From Leucoraja ocellata (taxonomy: Eukaryota): DNA of 64,000 nt. A program made the translations under genes and the position numbers. The stretch spans positions 1,116,001 to 1,180,000 of the forward strand of contig JAWMAR010000079.1 in assembly GCA_036785375.1 (NCBI GenBank), given 5' to 3'. Position 1 is the stretch's first letter, and each line of letters opens with the position of its first letter. Below are positions 12,296 to 24,200 of this stretch, in pieces. The notes under the pieces are model-generated. The model made no database searches and had not been told where the DNA came from. It worked only from the letters and a program-made list of their open reading frames with translations.

Positions 12296-15200
12296 TTTGA
12301 CATGGGTACATTCAGCTAAGAATGGAAATCACTGTAGCAACTTTGCAAGTTTGTGGCAACTCCCAAACCCACAATTGCTGCCATAGAGAAAGACAAGGGG
12401 GTGGGCAGGAATCTGTTTGAAATCTAGTGATTCATGAAAGGTCTAGGGTGGATGTGGAAAGAATGTTTGCAGTAGTGGGAGAGTCTAGGTCCAGAGGGCA
12501 CAGCCTTAGAATAAAACAACGTACCCCTAGAATGGAAATTAAGATCTTTTTTTTTCCGCCAGAGGGTGGCGAATCTGGAATTAATTGCCACAGACGGCGG
12601 TGGAGGTGATCATTGGCTATTTTTAAAGCGGAGATTCATAGGTTCTTGCTTAGTAAGGGTGTCAAAAGTTGCAGGGAGATGGTGGGAGAAATAGGTTGAG
12701 AGGGAAAAATAGATCAGCCATAATCGAATGTCAGAGCAGACTCATTTGGTCGAATGGCCTAATTCTGCTTCTATGTCTTAAGCTCTTATGAATATGATCT
12801 AACTGACATTCCACACCTGTATCTGACTGAGCTTGGGGTGAGGACAACCCATCACAAACAACAAACTCTGGACACTGATCGAATCTGCTTCCTAACAGCT
12901 GTCTGAGGTCGAGTCAGTTACATTTTTTATGTGCTAAAGAAACACTATGTGTTTTGCAGGAGCTTTACTGAGCAATATTGGGGAATGTGAGGATGGGTGA
13001 TCAAAAGGTTGATCCGGTCTGAGTGGAGCATATTGGCTTTGGGGGAACTGGTGGTGAAAATTGGATGACAGGAATGCAGAGAGTACAAAGGGATATGGAA
13101 CACAGGTTAAATGTAGGAAGGGTTAAGAGCGTGGAAAGATTTGAAAGGGTTAAGCGCATGGACAGGTTCATCAAGATTATTTAAGTTACAGCTAGGAAGT
13201 GGAGCTCTTCGTTGAATGAGCTGAAGATGAATCTGAGAGGTAGTTGTACTTGGATGGCAGTTACGTAATTACTGTTGGAAGATGACAGGTCCCTTTTCCT
13301 TTATTGTTTTAATTTCATGACAATTCCTCTACCTTGTGTTGAAGCTGCTATCTTTCTGACATTTATTCCCCTCTCCCCCTTACATAGAAACATAGAAATT
13401 AGGTGCAGGAGTAGGCCATTCGGCCCTTCGAGCCTGCACCGCCATTCAATATGATCATGGCTGATCATCCAACTCAGTATCCCGTACCTGCCTTCTCTCC
13501 ATACCCCCTGATCCCCTTAGCCACAAGGGCCACATCTAACTCCCTCTTAAATACAGCCAATGAACTGGCCTCAACTACCCTCTGTGGCAGAGAGTTCCAG
13601 AGATTCACCACTCTCTGCGTGAAAAAGGTTCTTCTCATCTCGGTTTTAAAGGATTTCCCCCTTATCCTTAAGCTGTGACCCCTTGTCCTGGACTTCCCTA
13701 ACATCGGGAACAATCTTCCTGCATCTAGCCTGTCCAACCCCTTAAGAATTTTGTAAGTTTCTATAAGATCCCCTCTCAATCTTCTAAATTCTAGAGAGTA
13801 TAAACCAAGTCTATCCAGTCTTTCCTCATAAGACAGTCCTGACATCCCAGGAATCAGTCTGGTGAACCGTCTCTGCACTCCCTCTATGGCAATAATGTCC
13901 TTCCTCAGATTTGGAGACCAAAACTGTACGCAATACTCCAGGTGTGGTCTCACCAAGACCCTGTACAACTGCAGTAGAACCTCCCTGCTCCTATACTCAA
14001 ATCCTTTTGCAATGAAAGCTAACATACCATTCGCTTTCTTTACTGCCTGCTGCACCTGCATGCCTACCTTCAATGACTGGTGTACCATGACACCCAGGTC
14101 TCGCTGCATCTCCCCCTTTCCCCCTTTCCCAATCGGCCACCCTTGCCTCCTTCTTTCACCCTAGTCATTTAACCAATTCCACAGTTCACCACATTGTATC
14201 CCTCTTGAGATCATACCTTCCCATGCCATCAATGGGCCTATGCACCATCCTGCCTGAGGTAATTTGAAGCCAGCCCTGTTTGGTCTTTTCTCACCTCCAG
14301 CTCTTCATCATTCCCCCCCCCCCCCCTCCTACTTGAAGAAGGGTCCTGACCCAAAACACCATTTGCTTAACCAGTTCTACAACCATTCCACCTCTGTATT
14401 CAATGCAGGGCCACGAGGTCACTTATGCTGCATCAATAATGTTTTATTCTCACTCATCATCTGAATGGCAATTTCACAGACTGGCAATCAATTGGAAATT
14501 TTCCAAATATGTGGTGATTTGTTCAAAGCAAGTGTTCATTGTTTTAGCTGGGTACTTCACAGAGGGATATTAAGTATAGTACTTACAGAAATCTAATTTG
14601 CCATATACCAAAAGCTGCACATTCCATCAGGTCCTGGGCCTTAGTTGACCAAGGTCCATAGTTTTTATCTAGATAATAAAAAAACATTTTGATTAGTGCT
14701 GAGAATTAAAGTGTTTATGTCTTTAAAAATTGAATTTAAATTTTAATTGCCAAACATTCATACAGTATGAATCACAATATTTTTAGGTTATATACCTACC
14801 TTTAGGAATGAGTGTACAGGAAGTAAGAGCTGCAATTAGATTCATCCCTTTGAATCACTTTGGTATTCCCTCCAATTCTCTTTTAGTAGGGGCTATTGAT
14901 GAACATTTAACAGTGAAATCTCTCCCTTTCACAACATCAGCAACTGATACACCATGGCTGCAGTATCATGTACAATATCATGTTCAAAATGCTCTGTAAT
15001 TAGACTTGCAACAGCACCTTCCAAATACACAATCAGTGTCACTATTAAAGACGTGAACAGATTGTGCATGGATTCCCTCCTTCAGTAAAACAATAAAATA
15101 TTTGTTTAAATCTTGCAAATGTTAACTATCAGACCTTCACTGCTCCTCTGAGTAATGCCTTCAGTCACTTTAAACAGCCCATGAAATTCGAGACATTTGA

Positions 15201-18200
15201 TTTGTATAACTCTGTGAAGTTTTTTATCAAATGGCAAAGCTCTTTTTGCAGATCACTTTACCTTCTACTGGCAATCTATTCTGAGCTATGCAACAGGAAG
15301 AGATTACCAGGCTGACACAGGAAAATGTGAAAGGATGCTCTGAAAACAGCATTGAAAATGTTCAACATTTCCCATTTTCCCCTGGGAATCCCTGGCCCAT
15401 GACTGAAAGTGGAGAAGGAGCATTCTGGATGGTATTGAGAATCTCAAATCTGTGCTCCAGTGAAAAGCAGGGAAGAGATCAGGGAGTTTGCAGTTATTTT
15501 CTTTGACACAGATTTTACACTGGAGCACATATTAGTTTTTCTTTCAATATTTAATTGGTTACAGATATCTTTTTTTGTGCAATCATTCTTTTCAGTAATC
15601 TTACTAGCTGTGAAGGTTGGAATGTTATTTGGTAAATGTCAGTCACGATAATGCTTATTATTTAAATATCATATTCCCAGTGGTCTATTTAATTTGCTGG
15701 GTTGTTACTACATTTGAAATTTACAATATTTTTCTTTTATTTTTAAATATAGTGCGTAAAGGTTGCTATAAAGGACAAACAAGTGAAATACTTCATACAT
15801 TATAGTGGCTGGAATAAGAAGTAAGTATGAAATATTTTACAACAGAAATATGATGTGTGAAAGATATTAAATATTCCTGGCTGAATAAACACTGAAGATT
15901 TGAACAGTGGGATACAGTGGCAATAAATGGAAGCCAGCGTAATGAACACTTGCAGCAAGTGTCCAGATATTTTGAAGTAATGTATTATCTAAATAATAGA
16001 AAAATACTGTCAATGGCATTTAAATAACAGACCATCTATAAATTGGATGCACATTTCAAATAGACCAGGCATGTTCTCAATGTGATTTAGTTTATTCTGT
16101 CAGTGCTATGTTGGGTAAACATTGAACTTCCTTGCACCAGTTTGACCCTAGTATGCATCAGAGGGGTATAATATGATCTATGAAATGAGGGAGTTCTTTC
16201 TGAATATGCTGGAAATGTTTCGCTTTGGATGATGTAGAGGAAGAGTTATAAGAATGCAGTTGATAACGTAACGTATAAGTGCAATTATGTGTGCTGGCCT
16301 TTCGTTCGCGCCTCCAAATGGAACGTGGGCTTTTGTAATTGACTTTGGCAAAGTACAGGGCTGGGGTGGATTTGGAGGAGTATTGGTAGCAAATGATCAT
16401 GCGTAGTTTCGTTGGCTGGTCATATTTTAAGATGACATTTCTCATTGTCTAAATTGTTGGAAAGAGCTCTATGTCCCATCCACTTCACTTGAAACAATAT
16501 TTAAAAGTCACCATTGCTCCCTAAGACCAGAGGACATATAGAAACTATGAGTTAAAGTTGGCAGCGTTGATGTCATCTGTTCTATTTATTTTGCAAATTT
16601 GCCGGAATGAAGATCTCATGCAATGAGAGCCTGTTCCCCAAATATTATCAAGCAAATGCCACAAGAAACATATTTTTCAAGTGGCATTTTCTATGCAAGG
16701 CAGACTACAAATTACTAGATAATAATTAGTAACTAATGTTTTCATTGAAGAACAAATATCTCTTGGCGTAGGCTACAATGTAATGTGGGCAAGATTGGAA
16801 TTTTTTGTCTCTGGGCTGAAATAACATTAGTGGAAGAGATATGAATTTTGGTAAACTCATCCAGTGTTGGAAGATTCCTCTTGGTTATGCCAATTGTTTA
16901 TGGGAGAAATAACATTTGCAGCCTTTACAGATATTCATTCCTCCATTTACAAACCTTTACTCTCGATGCATTGACATGGTGTATAAACTGTAGAATGAAA
17001 TTGGGTGTCTGTGGCTTGGTTTGCAAATCTCTTCAAATAGCATTTGGGCTTGTCCCTTTATTTGATTGTTCTTCAATTGACGACTTTTCAGCTCCACACA
17101 GATAAATGGCAGAAAGCAGCATACTTAATTCTGTTATTACATGTGGAATTTGTGAGATGGAGAATTCTTAAAAATAGGGAGTTGTGCAGCCCATTGAGAT
17201 TGTGATAAGATTCATGCCTTACAACATTGCTATCATTTCCTTGCTCAACACTCGCCTCTCGATTCCCTTGTTCTCCCTAAAGGAATGACAGTCTCTGATT
17301 TGTATATAGGCAGTGCATGTACAGTTTCAGGGATAAAGACATGTTAAAAATTCCAAAGTTGTCCGTAAAATTTAAAAACATAGAAAAACATAGATTTGAG
17401 TTTAGGAGCAACGAGGTCCTACTGTAGTTGTATAGGACCCTGGTGAAACCGCACCTGGAGTATTGTGTGCAATTTTGGTCTCCTAATTTGAGGAATGACA
17501 TTATTGCGATTGAGGGAGTGCAGTGTAGGTTCACCAGGTTAATTCCCAGGATGGCGGGACTGACATATGAGGAAAGAATAGGTCAACTGGGATTGTATTC
17601 ACTGGAATTTAGAAGGGTGGGAGGGGATCTTATAGTTGAAACATATAAAATTCTTAAAGAATTGGACAGGCTAGATGCAGGAAAAATGTTCCCGATGTTG
17701 GGGGAGTACAGAACCAAGGGTCACTGTTTAAGAATAAGGGGACTGAGATTTAGGACTGAGATGAGTAAGAACATTTTCACCCAGGGAGTTGTGAATCTGG
17801 AATTCTCTGCCACAGAAGGCAGTGGAGGCTAATTCACTGGATGTTTTCAAGAGATAATTAGATTTAGCTCTTAGGGCTAAAGGACTCAAGGGATATGGGG
17901 GGAAAAGTAAGGAATGGGGTACTGATTTTAGATGATCAGCCATATTGAATGGCGGTGCTGGCTCGAAGGGCTGAATGGCTTACTCCTGCACCTATTTTTC
18001 TATGTTTCTAACTCTTAACAGGACAATTCCTACATCCCTGGAAGCACTTTTGGAGAACCCTGCTGCAATGACACTGAGGCGAGCATCTTTGCAAACAGAA
18101 ACCAAGCCTGCATGCAATACTGATGATATTGTCTCATCAAGCTCTGTACAATTTCAGCAAAGCTTCCTTAATTTGTGCACTAAGCTCCTCACAGTAATGT

Positions 18201-21200
18201 CCCATTTTTCTTCGTCATCATTTGCTGCACCTGTTTTTTTCATTTCATTTAAGCAGTATATCGATTCTTCTGCACAAACCATTATTGCTAGTTTGTCATT
18301 TAGAGAGCTATTTATGTACTATCAAGAATGAATAACCTTTACGTTTCTGCCCATAATACTCCATTTCACACATTTGTCCACTTGAGCTTTTACCACTCTT
18401 CCGACCTCCCCATTTCCCAACCAGTTTTATCATCAGCAAATATGATTGCAATACACATTCTTATAATTGGTCAATAATATGACCTGTCAAGATCTGAGGC
18501 CCAGTATTGATCTGTGTGGCATTCTATTAGTGAAACATTCTGGGCTGACAGATCCATTGGTTCTAAATGTTTTGTTGTTTTAATAATCTCTACTGCAAAT
18601 CCATGTGCATGTACAGAACTATTGAAGTGGCATAAAAAAATTAAGAATTTGCTGTCAGAAGTTTAGAATTTTGCAAGCTACACTCTTTTCTGCAGTTTAC
18701 TGCAGATTGTATCCGGTCCCTTTCAGTAAGTTGGTTTCCTTCCTTGTTATTGATCTTGGCCAATGCAGTGATTGGGCCTCAAATGGTAGAAGAATGAAAG
18801 GTGAGAAGATATGTCAGCTCTTGTCCATCCACCGTAACTGGTTAAAGGACAACCCTGGGCTTTGTTCACCTTTGTTCTCTTCTCCTGATGAATGATCAGT
18901 ACAGAGAGAAGTGAAGAGACGTAAGGCACTTTTGAATTAGCCATTTGGGAATGTGTTGGTTTTGGGTCTGCATGCCTTCTTCTGCTCTTTGCTCATGAGC
19001 TGAGTTGGAGAAACACAATGGAAGTGGTAGATTTTAAATCTAACAGTTTAAGGCATAAGGGGAAAGGACAAGTGAATAGGGTTGGGTCTGAAGAAGGGTC
19101 TTGACCTGAAACCTCACCCATTCCTTCTCTCCAGAGATGCTGCCTGTCCAGCTGAGTTACTCCAGCATTTTGTGTCTATCTTCAGTGTAAACCAGCATCT
19201 GCAGTTCCTTCCTCCACGTGGTGTTGGGTCATAGGTTAGATAAGATTTTAAATGATTGAACTAGTTTGAAAGATTGAATGGCTTGTTGTTCCATTGGTTA
19301 AAGCCAGAGTGTAGCTTGCCATAGGTGTGTCTCTACAATTTATTGCTTGGCAGAAAAAAATAAAGTCAACTCATTCCCTGAATTGGGGATACATCCCAGA
19401 AAATAAATTGTATAACTGCATATAAATTATTCTGGGTAGATAACTATCGCTTGCTCCAGTGATGTCAAGTATATAAATTTACTATACATAATACAAAATA
19501 TAAATTTGATTTTTTAAGATAAATTGGGACAATATAAAAGGCATTATTTCTTTGCACACATGGAAAATCATTAAATAAAATCAGAATTCATGATAGAATA
19601 TTTTTATATAATTATTGTAAAATGAAATAATTGACACAACAGTACAATTGTCAATTTTGGGCAACTGCGTGCCATTCTGAAGACACACTCTTGGGGGGTG
19701 AATAATGCCTTGTCACGGAGCCTATCATAAGTAGGCAACAACAAAAAATGCATTATATTTTTGCTGGGTGCTGAAAGTGCCTATTTTAGTGCTAAATGTA
19801 CATTTATAGGATAGGTTCATGAGAGAAAATGCCATATATGTAATTCTTTATTATTTCACCTATTCAAACAGCTTAGATGTGTGGTATCGTCAAGAATGCA
19901 GGTATTGTAAAGACTAGTTAGAATTTTTAATTAAGACTGAAAAAAAATACTGTTTTTGGTGTTTGGAATGATAAAAATCCCCCCAAAAATTCTCTAGAAA
20001 ATTAATGTTCACAGCGATTCAGAATTAAGTGGTGCAAGTTCTGTGATAGAAGTAACTTTAAAATAGTATGAATATTAATGTTACATTCTGAATTTCATAT
20101 TTGTTGCAGTCAGTTGTGTCAGAAATATATTTTCAGCCACTGTTGATTAAAGTCCCTGAATTTAGGAGCAAAATAACTACAATTTTCTGTTCCTGACTAG
20201 TGCTTGCACATGCCCGCTGACATGCTCTATCTAATGCAAATAATGGAAGGTTGTTGCTGCCTATGGTGCAAAGTGCCAGCACCATCGGGGAGCGCAATAC
20301 AAATTACCTTGGGAAGCTGAATTAACTTGAGAAATGAGCTTGTGGAAAACTCTTTCATTAATGACCAGGGCATCACAGTCATGCCGCCGGTAGAGCTGCT
20401 GCCTTACAACGCCAGAGATACAGGTTTCATCCTCGCCTTGGGTCCCCTCTTTTTTTTCATGTTCTCCATATGACTGTGTTGGTTTTCACTGGTTTACTCC
20501 CACATCCCAAAGACATGCAGGATTGTAGGTTAGTTGGGCTCAGTAAAATTGGCCCAATGTGTAGGGAATTGATAAGAAAGTGGGATAGTGTAGAATTAGT
20601 GAGAATGGGTGACCAATGGGCTGCATGGACTTGGTGGGCTGAAGAAGGTTTCGACCTGAAACTTCACCCATCCCTTCTCTCCGGAGATGCTGCCTGTCCC
20701 GCTGAGTTACTCCAGCATTTTGTGTCCATCTTTGGTGGGCTGAAGGGCCAGTTTCCATGCTGTACCTCAAAACTAATTGGGGTTAAATTAAAGTATTTTA
20801 AAGTCTTTGGCTGTAAAAATAATGTCATTAACAAGTTGATGTGAAGCTGAAAATGTAAAACTATTTAGTGTGCATGCTTGAGGGAGTGACTGATCCTGAG
20901 GGACTGACGCTTCTCTAATGCAGTGTCATATTACCATTAATGTTGATAAATGATTCTGCCTCTGCATTTTTCCACTACTGCTGAGTTCTTGATTTCATTT
21001 TGACTTTCAAATTGAAATACTTTATTAACTGCTGTATTTTAGTCTGGTAAAAATCAGTGCAGTTTCTTCATATAAACTGGCTTAAATCGGTTGAAATTAA
21101 TTCTGTGGCTATAGTATCCTGTAGAGCAATCTTTAATATTGTGAATCATCAATGCCAGTTTACACAGTGAGAAGATAGTGAGCCGATATGTATTCAAATA

Positions 21201-24200
21201 TCATAGTAGGATGTGATTTGATCCAATTTGACTGTCATAGTTTTTTGAAGTAACTGCTTTTCTATGTCCTTTTTCCATTGTCCAATGATTCCATCCCCAC
21301 CACAGACTTCAATCCAATTATATTTTTAGATCCCTTCTGAATGTTATAGAATCAACTTGTAGACAATGCACTCCAATCTGTAAATTGTTGCATTTAAACA
21401 ATAAAATAAACAATAAAATACCTCTCATCTGTTTTTCCTGTCACTACCTTTAAAATAGAATAAAGTTAAATGAGTAAATAATTTTAAGATTTGTGTGTTT
21501 TATGAGGGTGTGAAGATATGTAGAACAAGAAATAAGTGAAAATATCTGGTACCATAATTTTGAATTTGTTGTAGAAAATAAATGCTAAGTGGCTTTCTGG
21601 GTAGTGTTTGAGAAATAATAGCTAACTGGGATATGGAGCAACCTTGAATGTTGTAATGGAGTCTTCTAGTCAAGTGAGACTTTGTGACAGGAGCTCTGCA
21701 GGGCAAGTTGTCGGTGGCGCAGTGGCAGAGTTGCTGCCGTGCAGCACCAGTGACTTGGGTTTGATCCTGACCACGGGTGCTGTCTGTATGGAGTTTGTAC
21801 ATTCTCCATTTGACCGCGTGGGGTTTCTCTGGGTTCTCCAGTCTCCTCCCACACGCCAAAGATGCGCAGGTTTGTACATTAATTGGCTTCTGTAAATAGT
21901 CAGTTTGTGTAGGATAGAACTCGTGTCGGGGTGATCGTTGGTTGGCACAAACTCGGTGGGCCGAAGAGCCTCTTTCCATGCTGTATCACTAAACTAAGTT
22001 GAGTTTATTGTCATATGCATATGTACGGTGAAGTGCAGATGCAATGAAAATCTTTCTTGCAGCGACATCATAGGCATGTAGACTTGGATAATAATTTATT
22101 ATTTTCTTTACTGATCTTGTGTATATGTGAGTCGATGGCTGTTGTGTTTTGTTCTTTTTAAATCTTTTATCCTGTGTCTTCTGTGTACACACCGAAGGAG
22201 ATGCAATGGAATTTTGTTGTACAGTTGTTGTGCAATGACAATAAACGTATTCTATTCTATAAATCTTACATAATTTACACACAAAATTTTGAAGACAGTA
22301 AAAAGAAAGACTGCAAGAAAAAAAAAGACATTCGTGCAAAGCAGAATTGGGGGGGGCGGAAACAAATTAATGATAGTGCAAGAGGTAATCCATAGTGTTC
22401 AATTGTCGAGGTAGGATTAGGATTGTGCAACAGGGTTCAAGAACTTGATTATTGTAGGAAAGTACCAGTTCCTGAACCTGATGATGTGGTACTTGAGGAG
22501 CTGTACCTCTAACCTGACAGTAGCGGCGAGGAGTGAAGTTTGGCATATGCACAAGCACGTTGAGGTACTTGTACACTGAAAAGTAATGAGGGTCTTGCCC
22601 AGGTGGTGGGGATCCTTATCAATTGATGGCATTTTTTTGAGGCATCGCCTCATGTAAATGCTTTTGTTGATGGGAGGTCTGTGCCCATCTTGGACTGTGT
22701 TGAATCCACTAATCTCAGCAACTTATGATCCTGTGTGTTGGAATTACCGCATCAGACCATGATGCAACCAGTCAGGCCCCTTTTTACTGTGCATCTGTAG
22801 CCAATTTAGAGTATACAGTGGTATGCCAAATCTCTTTAAACTTCTAAGAAAGCAGAGGCATTGGTGTACCTTCTTCATGAATACAGGTCATTTGAAATGT
22901 TAATGCTCTCAAATCTGAAGTTGTTCATTCCCTCAACTGCCAACTGGCATGTGGCCCCCTGGCTTCCCCTTGTAGAAGTAAATGGTTGGTTTCTAAAACC
23001 CACGACTCTGTAACATGTATTGTCAATTTGCTGACACTAAACAATAATCCGTCCTCAGATTTGTCTGGTTGTTGGTGGTTTAGGAAGAAAATTCTAAAAG
23101 CCTAAAGCCTCTATTTAATCATCAATTTTAAGACCACAAGCTTATTTCGGTTCATATACTAGAATCTGCAGCCCCATTAATCTAGAAATATATTGGTTGT
23201 TAGAATTCTAGTGTCATTTCATCATACGTAATGATAGCAATGTAAATGTTTTCTCATTAACCCTGATTCTGTACAACTAGAAAAACCTGTCCTGAGAGTA
23301 GTTTGTTTTTATCACCAATATACTTGTTGTATCTTGATTTTACATTATTGCCTTTTGTTTGCATGTCCTTTTGTTTTACATGTACAGTACGGCTCTTGGA
23401 GGCGAGTCAAATTCTAGCATGCAGCCCAGATTAAATGCAGCTGCAATTAAATTAAATATTGACTCATTGGACTTTGCTGTGCAGGCAGTAAACTTTTGAA
23501 TTTTTCTGCCTTCATTGAGTTTATAGAAGAACTTGCTGTATCTGCTGTTCCAGGTGTGGCGAGACCAACCACAGACTCGGTGATTGTTTCGCTGAACACC
23601 TCCGCTCAGTGCACCTAGGCTTATGTGATCTCATGGTCGCTAAACACTTTAAAAATCAGATCTCTTAATCCTAGAATCATACAGGATGGAAGGAAGCCAG
23701 ATGGCCCACTCGTTCTGCTTTGTCACTTCCAGAGAAGCTACTTAATTTTTGGTTCAACTTCTCCCGTCATAATCTTCATGAAAATAAACCGCTTTGGCAC
23801 TCAATAGTTGATCGTATTGAGTACTGTGAGCTTTTGTCGGTAAAAATTGTGAAGAATTACTTCACTTTCGTTGCATTAAACTGCAGGAGACTGTGACTCA
23901 TCCTATACAAGGATGTTGGACAAAAACGTCTAGCTGTCTTGGGAGTAGTCAAGTTGGGAGACATAAATGGGTATTGTTTTCTGTATTCAAGTTATTGCCA
24001 GACAGCTGCACAATGAATAGAAGGGGATCAATAGCAGATTGCTGAGGCTCAACGGAAATGATAGGAATGCGTGCTGGGTGAGAAGTAGGATCATCTTTTG
24101 GAAGGATGCCAATGATGTTTGAAGAAAGCTTGATTGAATATGCAAGGTTGGAGCTTGGGATGGTTACAGCGAATGTTTGTGTGGGAATTGTACTAGATTG

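Noticed and set aside
13474-14109. Longest ORF in the window (211 aa) as a host gene
   Set aside because: It is the C-terminal part of a CR1 ORF2 in a 5'-truncated copy with the LINE tail attached; it lacks the RT catalytic core
21710-21785. tRNA-like sequences at SINE heads
   Set aside because: A and B boxes are present, but there is no cloverleaf and they run into the V-SINE body
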